This document shows positions 37,658-45,390 of a stretch of 64,000 bases of DNA, in pieces. The notes beneath the pieces are model-generated. The model was not told the origin of the DNA and made no database searches. It saw nothing but the letters and a program-made list of their open reading frames with translations. The stretch lies in IMG/VR virus record IMGVR_UViG_3300021168_000018; one strand, given 5' to 3'. This DNA is from a virus. The position numbers were made by a program, and so were the translations under genes. How positions within the stretch are numbered: position 1 is the first letter of the stretch; every line of letters starts with the position of its first letter.

Positions 37658-38098
37658 TGTACCCTCGTGGGGGTAAGTTTACCCCGCAAAAGGTTACAGC
37701 CACGTCTCTCGTGTTAGGCCAGCGTTCTCAGCTTAATCCCCAATAGGTTGCACGGTGTTGCTATACCTTATGCCTCCCCGCTACTCGTCAACTCCTAGAG
37801 CCTCACGGCCACACTTTTGCGGGTTACGCTACCTTATATAGTGCCTTGCAGCGCGGTAGCTTACAGCGCGGTACTAGCGCACGTCTCCCAGTACATTGTA
37901 CTGGCACCTACTAACTTTCAGCTTTTCGTCCCTAGTGGCCTTAATGCCTTAACCTTGTTTGGGGTCCTGCCCATAGCATTTTGTGTGCGCTACAGGGGTC
38001 AGACTGGCGTACCAGTTTCTGCCTATCAGTGGCCTATCCCCACTAGTGCCGTGTCTCACGACGCGCACGTTTGTCGGACTTTTTGCTGGCCTAGTTAT

Positions 38099-38134
38099 TT
38101 TTCAAAGAACAGCGGTTTGCGGTAGTGCAAACCG
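38099..38134 (-). promoter_or_regulatory. boxB-like hairpin followed by rrn-type boxA (TGTTCTTTGAAAA)
   Basis: 8-bp stem CGGTTTGC/GCAAACCG, then a sequence resembling the TTCTTTGAAAA boxA of many bacterial rRNA leaders. Confidence 0.55.
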
Positions 38135-38154
38135 TACTACTAAACAACACAAAC

Positions 38155-38183
38155 ATTGTACCCTAAAACTAGGCAGTACGCAA
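38155..38183 (-). promoter_or_regulatory. Sigma70-type promoter TTGCGT-N17-TACAAT
   Basis: Near-consensus hexamers with exact 17-bp spacer, pointing into the ncRNA candidate. Confidence 0.7.
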
Positions 38184-38186
38184 GGA

Positions 38187-38498
38187 CTATTTTGACCTTT
38201 GTTGGCGCTCTTTCCACGAGGTCAAAATCCTGCGAGCCGTTTTCGCCTCCGTTTTTAGGTAGGGTAAAACGGCTTCCAGCAAACGGACCGCTTTTCGGCC
38301 CTGAATGCGGTACGACAGCCGCTCTGGGTCGCCGTTCGAATACCACGACCCACCGAATTCTTTTTTGAGCAATTTTGGCAGATTGCCCTTCGTCCTGAGG
38401 CGCATCTGGAAATTGCCTGTTTTCAGGACGTGGAATTTCATACGCTCGTCCAGCGCTCCAGCCAGATATGCCAGATCGCGCTCTTTCCTGAATTTCAT
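38187..38498 (-). CDS. Single-motif LAGLIDADG-like protein, catalytic motif degenerate
   Basis: LAYLAGALDERM (R/M where D/E-G is usual), FGG, and a LLEAVLPYL helix. Confidence 0.65.
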   Translation of the reverse strand: MKFRKERDLAYLAGALDERMKFHVLKTGNFQMRLRTKGNLPKLLKKEFGGSWYSNGDPERLSYRIQGRKAVRLLEAVLPYLKTEAKTARRILTSWKERQQRSK

Positions 38499-39484
38499 AC
38501 TTCCCTCGTCATGAACTCAATGCGCCGTTTTTGGTTGTAGCCTTCCGCATGACGCACGAGCTGCCACGCTCTTTCCCGTCCCAAAGAGTTGATATCTTCG
38601 CCGTTAGGGATATTGGCAATTTTGATGTGCGGTATGATGCCCTTGAAACGGTCGGCGATTTCTACCGTGTCTCTGCGTGCGTCGCCATCTAATGCGATGA
38701 CCAGTTCTTGGACCCACTTTTCATACCTGAGGACATGGTCACGCTGGACATCTGACAGAGACTTGCCTAGGATGCCCATTATCAATGTTCTACCATGTCC
38801 CAGTATTTCCAGCGTGAGCACATTGATTGCAGATTCCACCAGCACAATGACGTTCGGCTTGCGTGTGCCGCCGATGCAATAGACCAAGTCTGATTTCTTA
38901 CTGTACTTGGGATTCCAAAACTTTAGCTCCCGGTCCTTGAATCGCCGGCCTTGCCAGTAGACCACGTCGCCTTCGTCATTGAAAATTGGGAAGATGATAT
39001 ATCCCCAATACTTCCCGCTCGTACAATATCCTATCTTCGCTGTGTCCACTATCCGCTTTGGGATATCTCGGCGCTCTAGATAAGCATAGATATTTTCTCT
39101 GTCTTGCTTCGGCAGTTCACTAACGAAATTGAACTCTTCTGGCAGCTCCACCTCTGCATCTTCGTCTTGACGTATTGTTTCTGGGATGACGTGCTCGAAT
39201 CCGCGAGTATTGAACCACGCCCTGATTCTATACTCTGTGACCCCGCCATGTCCCACATACCATCTACAGCTTGAGTGGAAACAGCACCCGACGCCCTTTT
39301 CTGTATTCCATGCGAATTTCTTTTCGTGGTCGCCACACGCGGGGCAGTCTGCCTTGAATCCCTCTCTGGTCTCGAACACTTGGCTGAAGAACCCTGCTAT
39401 GTCACTCATAGTCTTTCCCGTCTCCACAGCAGAATCGCCATAGGATATTTCGCTATAGCTAGAGAAAGCAGTTCCCATCTCCAT
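38495..39484 (-). CDS. DNA primase (Zn-binding + TOPRIM)
   Basis: CPAC...CFHSSC, YWQGR, LVES, LDGD, GEDIN. Confidence 0.85.
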   Translation of the reverse strand: MEMGTAFSSYSEISYGDSAVETGKTMSDIAGFFSQVFETREGFKADCPACGDHEKKFAWNTEKGVGCCFHSSCRWYVGHGGVTEYRIRAWFNTRGFEHVIPETIRQDEDAEVELPEEFNFVSELPKQDRENIYAYLERRDIPKRIVDTAKIGYCTSGKYWGYIIFPIFNDEGDVVYWQGRRFKDRELKFWNPKYSKKSDLVYCIGGTRKPNVIVLVESAINVLTLEILGHGRTLIMGILGKSLSDVQRDHVLRYEKWVQELVIALDGDARRDTVEIADRFKGIIPHIKIANIPNGEDINSLGRERAWQLVRHAEGYNQKRRIEFMTREV

Positions 39485-39557
39485 GTTGTGTCTGGAGGCT
39501 TATCCCAATCATAGTCATGCACCAAATCACACTGAGTCCATTTGTAAATCCAGTCTA

Positions 39558-40916
39558 CTACCTGTTTCTCCATTTTTCCTTCTCCGCTATGAAATTCCCA
39601 AACTTTTCCCAGACCCTGAACGTGTTGCGGTCTATGTTTATCTTGATGGTTTTCCCCATCATCACGTCTCTAGCAGCGACCATCAAGAGTCTCGCCTGTT
39701 GAGGCTTGAGCTTGGCTTCTGCTTCTGTCTGACACAGTGCTATCATGAAATCCAGCGTCCAGAACTGGGAAATATCTTCCGCTATGTCTTCCGGTCCAAC
39801 ACGCTCCTTGTTAAGAGCGCCGCGATTAGTCTGCGACGCTGTCCACACTGGGATATCCCGCTCCACTGCTAGACCGCGCAAGTCCATGCAAACTTGACCG
39901 ATGCTGAGACGCTGCTCTTCGAAGCGCTCGTTTGGCTTGAATACACGGATGTAGTCCACGAACAGGATATCTATTTCTACACCTGATTGCTTCAGACGCT
40001 CCAGCCAAGACTCAATGTCACTAACCCGACCGCGATTCGTAGGCCATTGCTTAATGAACAGTCTGCCCTTCATCTGGCCGTGAGCCTGGACCATGCGACG
40101 CTGTGCTTGACGCAGTTTCTTCATCAGGTCTGATTTCTCATCGCTGACCTTGGCGTACTGCGTCAATCTCCAAGTTGGGATGGCTGTCATCATGGAATCT
40201 ATGCGCTTGCGATATTTCTTGCCCGACAGTTCCCCGGTCGCTATCGCTACGTTTTTGTTTTGCCACATTGCTCCGGCCGCGAATCTGGCGATGAGAGTAG
40301 ATTTTCCGCCTTTACCTTTTCCAAGAATGACGCCAAGTTCTCCGGCTCCAAGTCCCCCTTCCATACAGTCGTCAAGTGTGGGGCAGTAGTGAGTCCCGAT
40401 AATCCCATATCTATCTTCGAGCCATCTTCCAGGATTAGTCGCGTCTTTCCAATATTCAATACCAAGGTCGAGCTCTGCACCGAGTCCCTTGAGCGAATCG
40501 AATCGCTGTATAGCTCTAACGAAATTTTTACTGTTGACATCTTTCTCTGCCTCCACTAATGCTTTGCGAAACTTTTGCTCCTTGGCGAATCCTACTGCCT
40601 GATGAAGGACCACCTGCCTGTCTTTGAGGTCTTCGTCGTAGAGCGCTTTGATTTCTCGCCGGTATCCAGGCCAGACTTCTGATTTGGATTTTCCGAGATA
40701 GCCTTTGACGATGGCAAGGAGAGTCGGCCTAGAGAGTATAACTTCGGAACGATTGTGTTTTTCATAGACCTCCTTTGTGAGACGCGCGATGTCCACATGC
40801 AACGGGTTCGTAAAATACGACGGCTCGATAATCGTGTACGCCGTTTGTGGTGAACGGACGTAGAGTGCGAGCAGTTTCTTTTGGAACGCATCCCCGAATT
40901 CGAATTCTGATGGCAA
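39558..40916 (-). CDS. DnaB-like replicative helicase
   Basis: GKGKGGKS, FVDY, WTASQTNR, IAEDISQ. Confidence 0.88.
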   Translation of the reverse strand: MPSEFEFGDAFQKKLLALYVRSPQTAYTIIEPSYFTNPLHVDIARLTKEVYEKHNRSEVILSRPTLLAIVKGYLGKSKSEVWPGYRREIKALYDEDLKDRQVVLHQAVGFAKEQKFRKALVEAEKDVNSKNFVRAIQRFDSLKGLGAELDLGIEYWKDATNPGRWLEDRYGIIGTHYCPTLDDCMEGGLGAGELGVILGKGKGGKSTLIARFAAGAMWQNKNVAIATGELSGKKYRKRIDSMMTAIPTWRLTQYAKVSDEKSDLMKKLRQAQRRMVQAHGQMKGRLFIKQWPTNRGRVSDIESWLERLKQSGVEIDILFVDYIRVFKPNERFEEQRLSIGQVCMDLRGLAVERDIPVWTASQTNRGALNKERVGPEDIAEDISQFWTLDFMIALCQTEAEAKLKPQQARLLMVAARDVMMGKTIKINIDRNTFRVWEKFGNFIAEKEKWRNR

Positions 40917-41210
40917 TTATTTTCCTCGTGTGATACTCGGCTGCTTCATGCGTTCTGAATGGTCTACTGCAAACTTCTTGAACTCCTCGATGCGTTTGTC
41001 CAACAAGTCGAAGTGGAAATCGTTGCAGCCATCCTCCAAAGATATTTGCCTGTAGAATTCTAAGACTCTGACCGCCAGCCTGTCTCTTGCCCTGAATAGA
41101 ATCAGAGGCTCGTCGTCCGGGACCACGTCCCCGTTTGATGTCTTGACAATCAGACACCTGCCAAACTTCTCGTCGTACTCGGCATGAAATTTGCTATCTA
41201 TCTTTCTCAT
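40917..41210 (-). CDS. Hypothetical protein
   Basis: RBS AAGGGG, 19 nt after motif copy 3. Confidence 0.55.
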   Translation of the reverse strand: MRKIDSKFHAEYDEKFGRCLIVKTSNGDVVPDDEPLILFRARDRLAVRVLEFYRQISLEDGCNDFHFDLLDKRIEEFKKFAVDHSERMKQPSITRGK

Positions 41211-41224
41211 GGAATTCCCCCTTG

Positions 41225-41980
41225 CTATAATGAAACGCTATTTGTTTGAAAACTGCGCTTGAGTGCTTTTTTGGCAACATGCCAGATATGCCTATGCCGG
41301 TTTAAGAACCTGGAGCACTTGCAGTAGTCTTCGAACCAGCGATTCCAAAAACTCTTCTTGTGCTTCTTGGAGTAGACAGCCAGGAACCACGGGCTCAGCT
41401 CCTTGGCGAAGGCGTAGATTGCTTCGTCAGTTTTTATTTTCTGTCCTTCCACGACTCGCTTGATTATGCCGCCCGAATCTCGTATCGAAGAGTAGATGTC
41501 CAAGTCTGACCAGCCATCGAGTTCCTTCTTCCAGTCGATATCTAGGATGTAGTGCTTTCGTTCCTTGCGGTAGACCCAGAGAAACTTTTCGATAGTGCTG
41601 TCTTTGGAAAACCAAGTCGGGTGAGGCATCCATTCCACGTTCTTAAATTTTCCATAGCGACACATGACTTTGATGTAGAGAGCGGGGTCGATGTTCTGCT
41701 GGATAAGTTTTTCTGCCAGCAAAATAAATTTCAATTTTACTTTCCAGCCTGCTTTGGTTTTGTAGACGTCGTAGTTGAAATTCCTATACCTTAGATTTCT
41801 CGAACGAGCCATCTTGTTGAACGCGATACGGATAATTTTCTCAGCGATCCTTGTTGCACGATCCAACTCTAAACGCGGAAACCGTTTTTTACTTTTGAAG
41901 TTTCTCTTCCGTCCCATTTTCTCTCCACAGGAAAAATATCTTTTTCTTTTCGGGAGGACAAGCGTCAGCGCAGTCCTCAA
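41225..41980 (-). CDS. Basic hypothetical protein (probable start 41917) with KKRFPRL
   Basis: Coding-strand ORF; its last codons encode motif copy 3. Confidence 0.6.
   Translation of the reverse strand: MRTALTLVLPKRKRYFSCGEKMGRKRNFKSKKRFPRLELDRATRIAEKIIRIAFNKMARSRNLRYRNFNYDVYKTKAGWKVKLKFILLAEKLIQQNIDPALYIKVMCRYGKFKNVEWMPHPTWFSKDSTIEKFLWVYRKERKHYILDIDWKKELDGWSDLDIYSSIRDSGGIIKRVVEGQKIKTDEAIYAFAKELSPWFLAVYSKKHKKSFWNRWFEDYCKCSRFLNRHRHIWHVAKKALKRSFQTNSVSL
41230..41242 (-). promoter_or_regulatory. Conserved upstream motif AATAGCGTTTCAT, copy 3
   Basis: Exact 13-mer, 19 nt before the ATG at 41210. Confidence 0.7.
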
Positions 41981-41999
41981 GGCGAGCGAAGCGAGCCTT
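41979..41999 (+). other. GCGAAGC mini-hairpin with tandem sheared G-A pairs (AAGGC-GA-GC-GAA-GC-GA-GCCTT)
   Basis: Symmetric stem around a GAA loop; next to an AT tract and short direct repeats. Confidence 0.5.
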
Positions 42000-42283
42000 T
42001 CACTACTGAAAAATTTTTTGAAATGAACTGTGCTCCCTATTGTTCCTGTTACATGGCGAGTAGTTAGCTACAAGTGCTCCCTACGGTCGCACTTTCCAAG
42101 ACCTTAAGATAGTTGCTACCTATGCTGCCTAGGATCATAATGCACCTATAGGTCCTTAAGGTCCATATTCGCCATGTAACGCTGAGCTGTCCCATAGTGG
42201 ACATACTGGCCGTGTAACGCACATATGGGCCATACTGTCCCACCGCGCCTGCGAGGGTATGGATGGGCTTGACTTTCTCCATT

Positions 42284-42721
42284 TTATTTTTGCCCAATTC
42301 TCAGCTCCTGGAAACCGGAATTTCTCGCAGCAACATCGTCGAGAATTTTCATGTCATTTTTGATTCTATCGAACTGCCGGAACATGGGAGAAAGTTGGCG
42401 CAAGATTTCGAACTCTTGCAACTCGCCAATTAGAGTCTTGGAAATGTGGTCGGCGACGGCGTCTTGATTGACCAAAACTTTCAAATTTCCTTCGCTGTCT
42501 TTGATAACAGTTTGGTCAACTAAACTAAGCGAATTTCCTTTCGCTACCCTGATAAATCCTGCCTCTTCGCACTCTTTGAAACAGCGCAAAATTATCTCTT
42601 TCATCTCCCAGATTGTCTTGAACTGACCGCCAGTATTTTCCATGTGATTACTTGCCTCCTGTGGACTGTTTTGCCATGCCGTCACTTGTTTCATTTGACA
42701 CAAATTTCTTCTTCGGACCAC
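42284..42721 (-). CDS. Hypothetical protein (probable start at MENTGG)
   Basis: GGAGG RBS inside the 5' part of the ORF. Confidence 0.45.
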   Translation of the reverse strand: MVRRRNLCQMKQVTAWQNSPQEASNHMENTGGQFKTIWEMKEIILRCFKECEEAGFIRVAKGNSLSLVDQTVIKDSEGNLKVLVNQDAVADHISKTLIGELQEFEILRQLSPMFRQFDRIKNDMKILDDVAARNSGFQELRIGQK

Positions 42722-42863
42722 GTTGAATTACGGCTATGAGTTTGAACTCCGCAAGGCAATTGTGACACTCAATTTGTGTCACCTGATGGCCTTCAATTTG
42801 GACCTGTTTCTTGACGTCAATTAACGTGAACGGATATTTACAGAACAAGCAAATGTTGAACAC
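42648..42863 (-). CDS. Small Zn-ribbon protein
   Basis: CLFC...CHNC. Confidence 0.45.
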   Translation of the reverse strand: MFNICLFCKYPFTLIDVKKQVQIEGHQVTQIECHNCLAEFKLIAVIQRGPKKKFVSNETSDGMAKQSTGGK

Positions 42864-42866
42864 TTT

Positions 42867-44369
42867 TTACCTTTCTATGATTGAAATTTTTGCGATTTTT
42901 TCATTGATGTAGTGCTTCAAACGCGCCATGGAATGCTTCATCAAATACTCGTTGTGAGTGTCAATGAAATCACTGATATACACAACATTTCCGGTTCTAG
43001 GGTTCTTTCTCAAGACACGGCCCATGCGCTGTAAAATCAACTCCCATCCAAGTCCTGCCGCCGAGTTTATCCATGCGTCCACCCCGCCTGAAATGTCCAT
43101 GCCCGTATCGAATATCGGGGATGCTAGGAGTACTCCAAGTTTCCCATTTTCAAATCTCTTTAGAACCTTTTTTCTGATAAGCAATGGCGTGCTACCTGAT
43201 AGAAATTCTACTGGCAAATCCATATTGCTCTCTAACAGTTTTTTCAATTTCAAGCCATGAGAAATCCTTGCGACCGTGACCAGAGTTTTGTAGTCCTTGT
43301 TGAGATATCGCAGCACTTCCCTAACGACCAACTCGTTGCGCTTCTTGTTCTTCACGATGCCGAGACTGTAGGCGGCTGCGAACTTTGCTTTCTTCGGTAT
43401 TTCTTCAGTGTGGACTTCTACGAAACGGATAACAGGTTTGGCGCTGCGACCCAAGTCTACGAGTTCCTTGTTTCTGACCTCGGCAATTATCGGACCTGTC
43501 ATACCGACGTAACTTAGCATTTTCTTTTTGTTTTTTCTATCGATTGTTCCGGACAGACTGAAACGCATCGGCGCTTCATTTCTATTTACAATTTTGGAGC
43601 ATTGAGTAGCACGGTTCACATGAGTTTCGTCGATAAATAGGATATCACACTTTTCTTGAAAGCGTTCGAAATCAGACTCTTGAAGTAAATTAGATGCGGT
43701 CTGCACAGTCGCAACGACAATTCCTGGTTTTTGCGGAATGCGCTTCTTACCTCCTCCAACCATAAAAATTCGTACATCGTTTGGAAGATGCTTACGGAAT
43801 CTATCAGCCGTTTGCTGTGCAAGTCCAGCACGATGGATAAGGAAGAGCACACGAGGCATTCGTTTGAGTTGTCTGTGAAATTCAGAGACAATAGCGCAAG
43901 CGCATTCGGTCTTGCCTGTATTAGTAGATGCATGTATGATTCCTTTGCCTTTTCGCAAAGCCTTGTTTACGATTTCAACTTGCTCAGCGCGATTCTCGAT
44001 ACTATCCTCAAACTGAAATCTCTTGATTGGTTTGAAAACTGGAAGTTGCTGACGATTGTCTTTGACTGAATATTTCACGCCTTTCTTGTCCAAAAACTTT
44101 ATCACCATATCTAGAAGTCCGCTGGCAAACGTGTCCCCGCGTCTCTCATAGAACTTGATGTACTGTACAGATTCCTTCAACTGTTCAATCTTCTTATCGC
44201 GCTTTTCGTCGTTCTTGATATCACTGAAATAGCCCACTCTTTTCAGTGCTGCTCGCTGCCTCCACCAATTGTTCTTGTCCTTGACTCGCAGGCATCTAAA
44301 CATCTTCTTCAACTGGCGCTCTGGGCCAGAGAATGACGTGCGCGCCGGACGTACAGTGAGTTCAATCAT
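42867..44369 (-). CDS. Superfamily 2 helicase (UvsW-like)
   Basis: STNTGKT, DETH, SGT, DTGMD, QRMGRVLR. Confidence 0.88.
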   Translation of the reverse strand: MIELTVRPARTSFSGPERQLKKMFRCLRVKDKNNWWRQRAALKRVGYFSDIKNDEKRDKKIEQLKESVQYIKFYERRGDTFASGLLDMVIKFLDKKGVKYSVKDNRQQLPVFKPIKRFQFEDSIENRAEQVEIVNKALRKGKGIIHASTNTGKTECACAIVSEFHRQLKRMPRVLFLIHRAGLAQQTADRFRKHLPNDVRIFMVGGGKKRIPQKPGIVVATVQTASNLLQESDFERFQEKCDILFIDETHVNRATQCSKIVNRNEAPMRFSLSGTIDRKNKKKMLSYVGMTGPIIAEVRNKELVDLGRSAKPVIRFVEVHTEEIPKKAKFAAAYSLGIVKNKKRNELVVREVLRYLNKDYKTLVTVARISHGLKLKKLLESNMDLPVEFLSGSTPLLIRKKVLKRFENGKLGVLLASPIFDTGMDISGGVDAWINSAAGLGWELILQRMGRVLRKNPRTGNVVYISDFIDTHNEYLMKHSMARLKHYINEKIAKISIIER

Positions 44370-44704
44370 TTGAGTCTGGGCCAGTGTCGCCGTTTCAAGT
44401 CATACCTTGGAAAACGGTGAACCTTGCCATTTTCATATCGTGGAAACCGCATCAACGGTACGACCAGCGTTTCGATGTCTACGTGCTCCTTTTTCGTGGA
44501 ATTATCCCATTCTACAGTGACGCTGCCGGGACTCTTATAGACTACCTTGCCGTATCTCTTGTTTCCTGCGAAAAGCTGAAGAAAGAACCTGGATTCGTTT
44601 TTGAGTGTTTGTATCTGCACTTCCTTGAATTCCACAATCCTCGGGAATCTGCGTATTTCTAGCCTTGGAAACCGTTTGATGCGTTTCTGTATAGATAGCA
44701 GCAC
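44366..44704 (-). CDS. 112-aa protein with four RFPR motifs plus HWPR around a small beta-rich core
   Basis: GTG with RBS GGGG, 20 nt after motif copy 4; coupled to the SF2 helicase. Confidence 0.7.
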   Translation of the reverse strand: MLLSIQKRIKRFPRLEIRRFPRIVEFKEVQIQTLKNESRFFLQLFAGNKRYGKVVYKSPGSVTVEWDNSTKKEHVDIETLVVPLMRFPRYENGKVHRFPRYDLKRRHWPRLK

Positions 44705-44724
44705 GATTTTACCCCTACACCTAT

Positions 44725-44737
44725 ATGAAACGCTATT
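44725..44737 (-). promoter_or_regulatory. Conserved upstream motif AATAGCGTTTCAT, copy 4 (start of the replication block)
   Basis: Exact 13-mer at the boundary of the structural and replication modules. Confidence 0.7.
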
Positions 44738-44899
44738 GTTTGGAAAACCGTTTTTTATTAGGAGGGGCGGAGCTTAGGTAGGTATAATCGTTGCTTTAAC
44801 GAGTCGCTGGCTCCCATTAGCGCCAATCCTAGCGTACTTATTTCGGCCAAGCCTGTTTGTACGTTAAAATATCAAATGCTCCAAGGTTCGCTCGTGGAA

Positions 44900-45364
44900 T
44901 CAGTCTATATTCCACGTGATTGTTGGAGCGGGAGGGATATTTTCCTTAATCCAGCGTTGCAGCCAGTCCGGGACGCGCTTATATTGAGAAATAGCGTCCA
45001 ATCCAGAATCTGCCCCGTATCCAAGAGCTATTGCAGCGATAGGGCCAGCGCCGACTCCTGTCCCTAGGAGCGTATGGAGCCATCCAGCAGAGGTGTCTAT
45101 ATTGAAGAACCCCAAAATCATGCCTATCCCTAAATGCCGCCACGGATAGTAGATTACCAGAGATTCTATGGCAGCTCTTATAGAAAGCACATCCCAGTTG
45201 ACATAGAAGAACTGGCGTCTAGTTTTGATAGTGTTTGCGGGATTTCTGACGCATGAAGCGGCTCTTTTCAGCATGAACAAAAACTGCCCTGCTAGAAAAC
45301 AGATGTAGAACCCGATATCTCCAATGGTATGCTCACTTAGGAAAGCGGCTAGATAGGCTGGCAT
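44900..45364 (-). CDS. Membrane protein, holin candidate
   Basis: Several hydrophobic segments; last gene of the tail block. Confidence 0.4.
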   Translation of the reverse strand: MPAYLAAFLSEHTIGDIGFYICFLAGQFLFMLKRAASCVRNPANTIKTRRQFFYVNWDVLSIRAAIESLVIYYPWRHLGIGMILGFFNIDTSAGWLHTLLGTGVGAGPIAAIALGYGADSGLDAISQYKRVPDWLQRWIKENIPPAPTITWNID

Positions 45365-45390
45365 TTTGTCCCCCTGTTGACTAGAATTAC

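Larger units (their letters stand above)
36830..38150 (-). ncRNA. Candidate large structured ncRNA (~1.3 kb) with an HNH ORF in a loop
   Basis: No credible ORFs apart from HNH; many hairpins including GNRA loops; nested 5'/3' end pairings; sigma70 promoter and boxA upstream. Confidence 0.6.

Noticed and set aside
37654-37700. Second sigma70 promoter for the HNH gene (TACAAT at the start codon)
   Set aside because: The nearest TTGCGG is 22 bp away, and the -10-like hexamer overlaps the ATG.
36830-38150. Classification as group I intron, group II intron, RNase P RNA, tmRNA or tRNA cluster
   Set aside because: Only partial look-alikes (GUGCG near 38069, AAAGUCC near 38080, UAGAGUCC near 37265). 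No correctly spaced P7/J8-7, domain V, full P4 or T-arm/CCA, and no interrupted gene identified. Left unclassified pending a covariance search.
42064-42297. 77-aa ORF in the candidate origin gap
   Set aside because: TTG start, atypical composition and overlap with the repeats; probably spurious.
5022-44674. RFPR copies as a DNA repeat or protein-binding site (many contain TTTCCAAGG)
   Set aside because: Synonymous variation at all four codons and a constant reading frame indicate peptide-level selection.
44740-44900. Possible tRNA or small RNA between the tail and replication modules
   Set aside because: Only weak pairings and no cloverleaf; more likely a terminator/promoter spacer.
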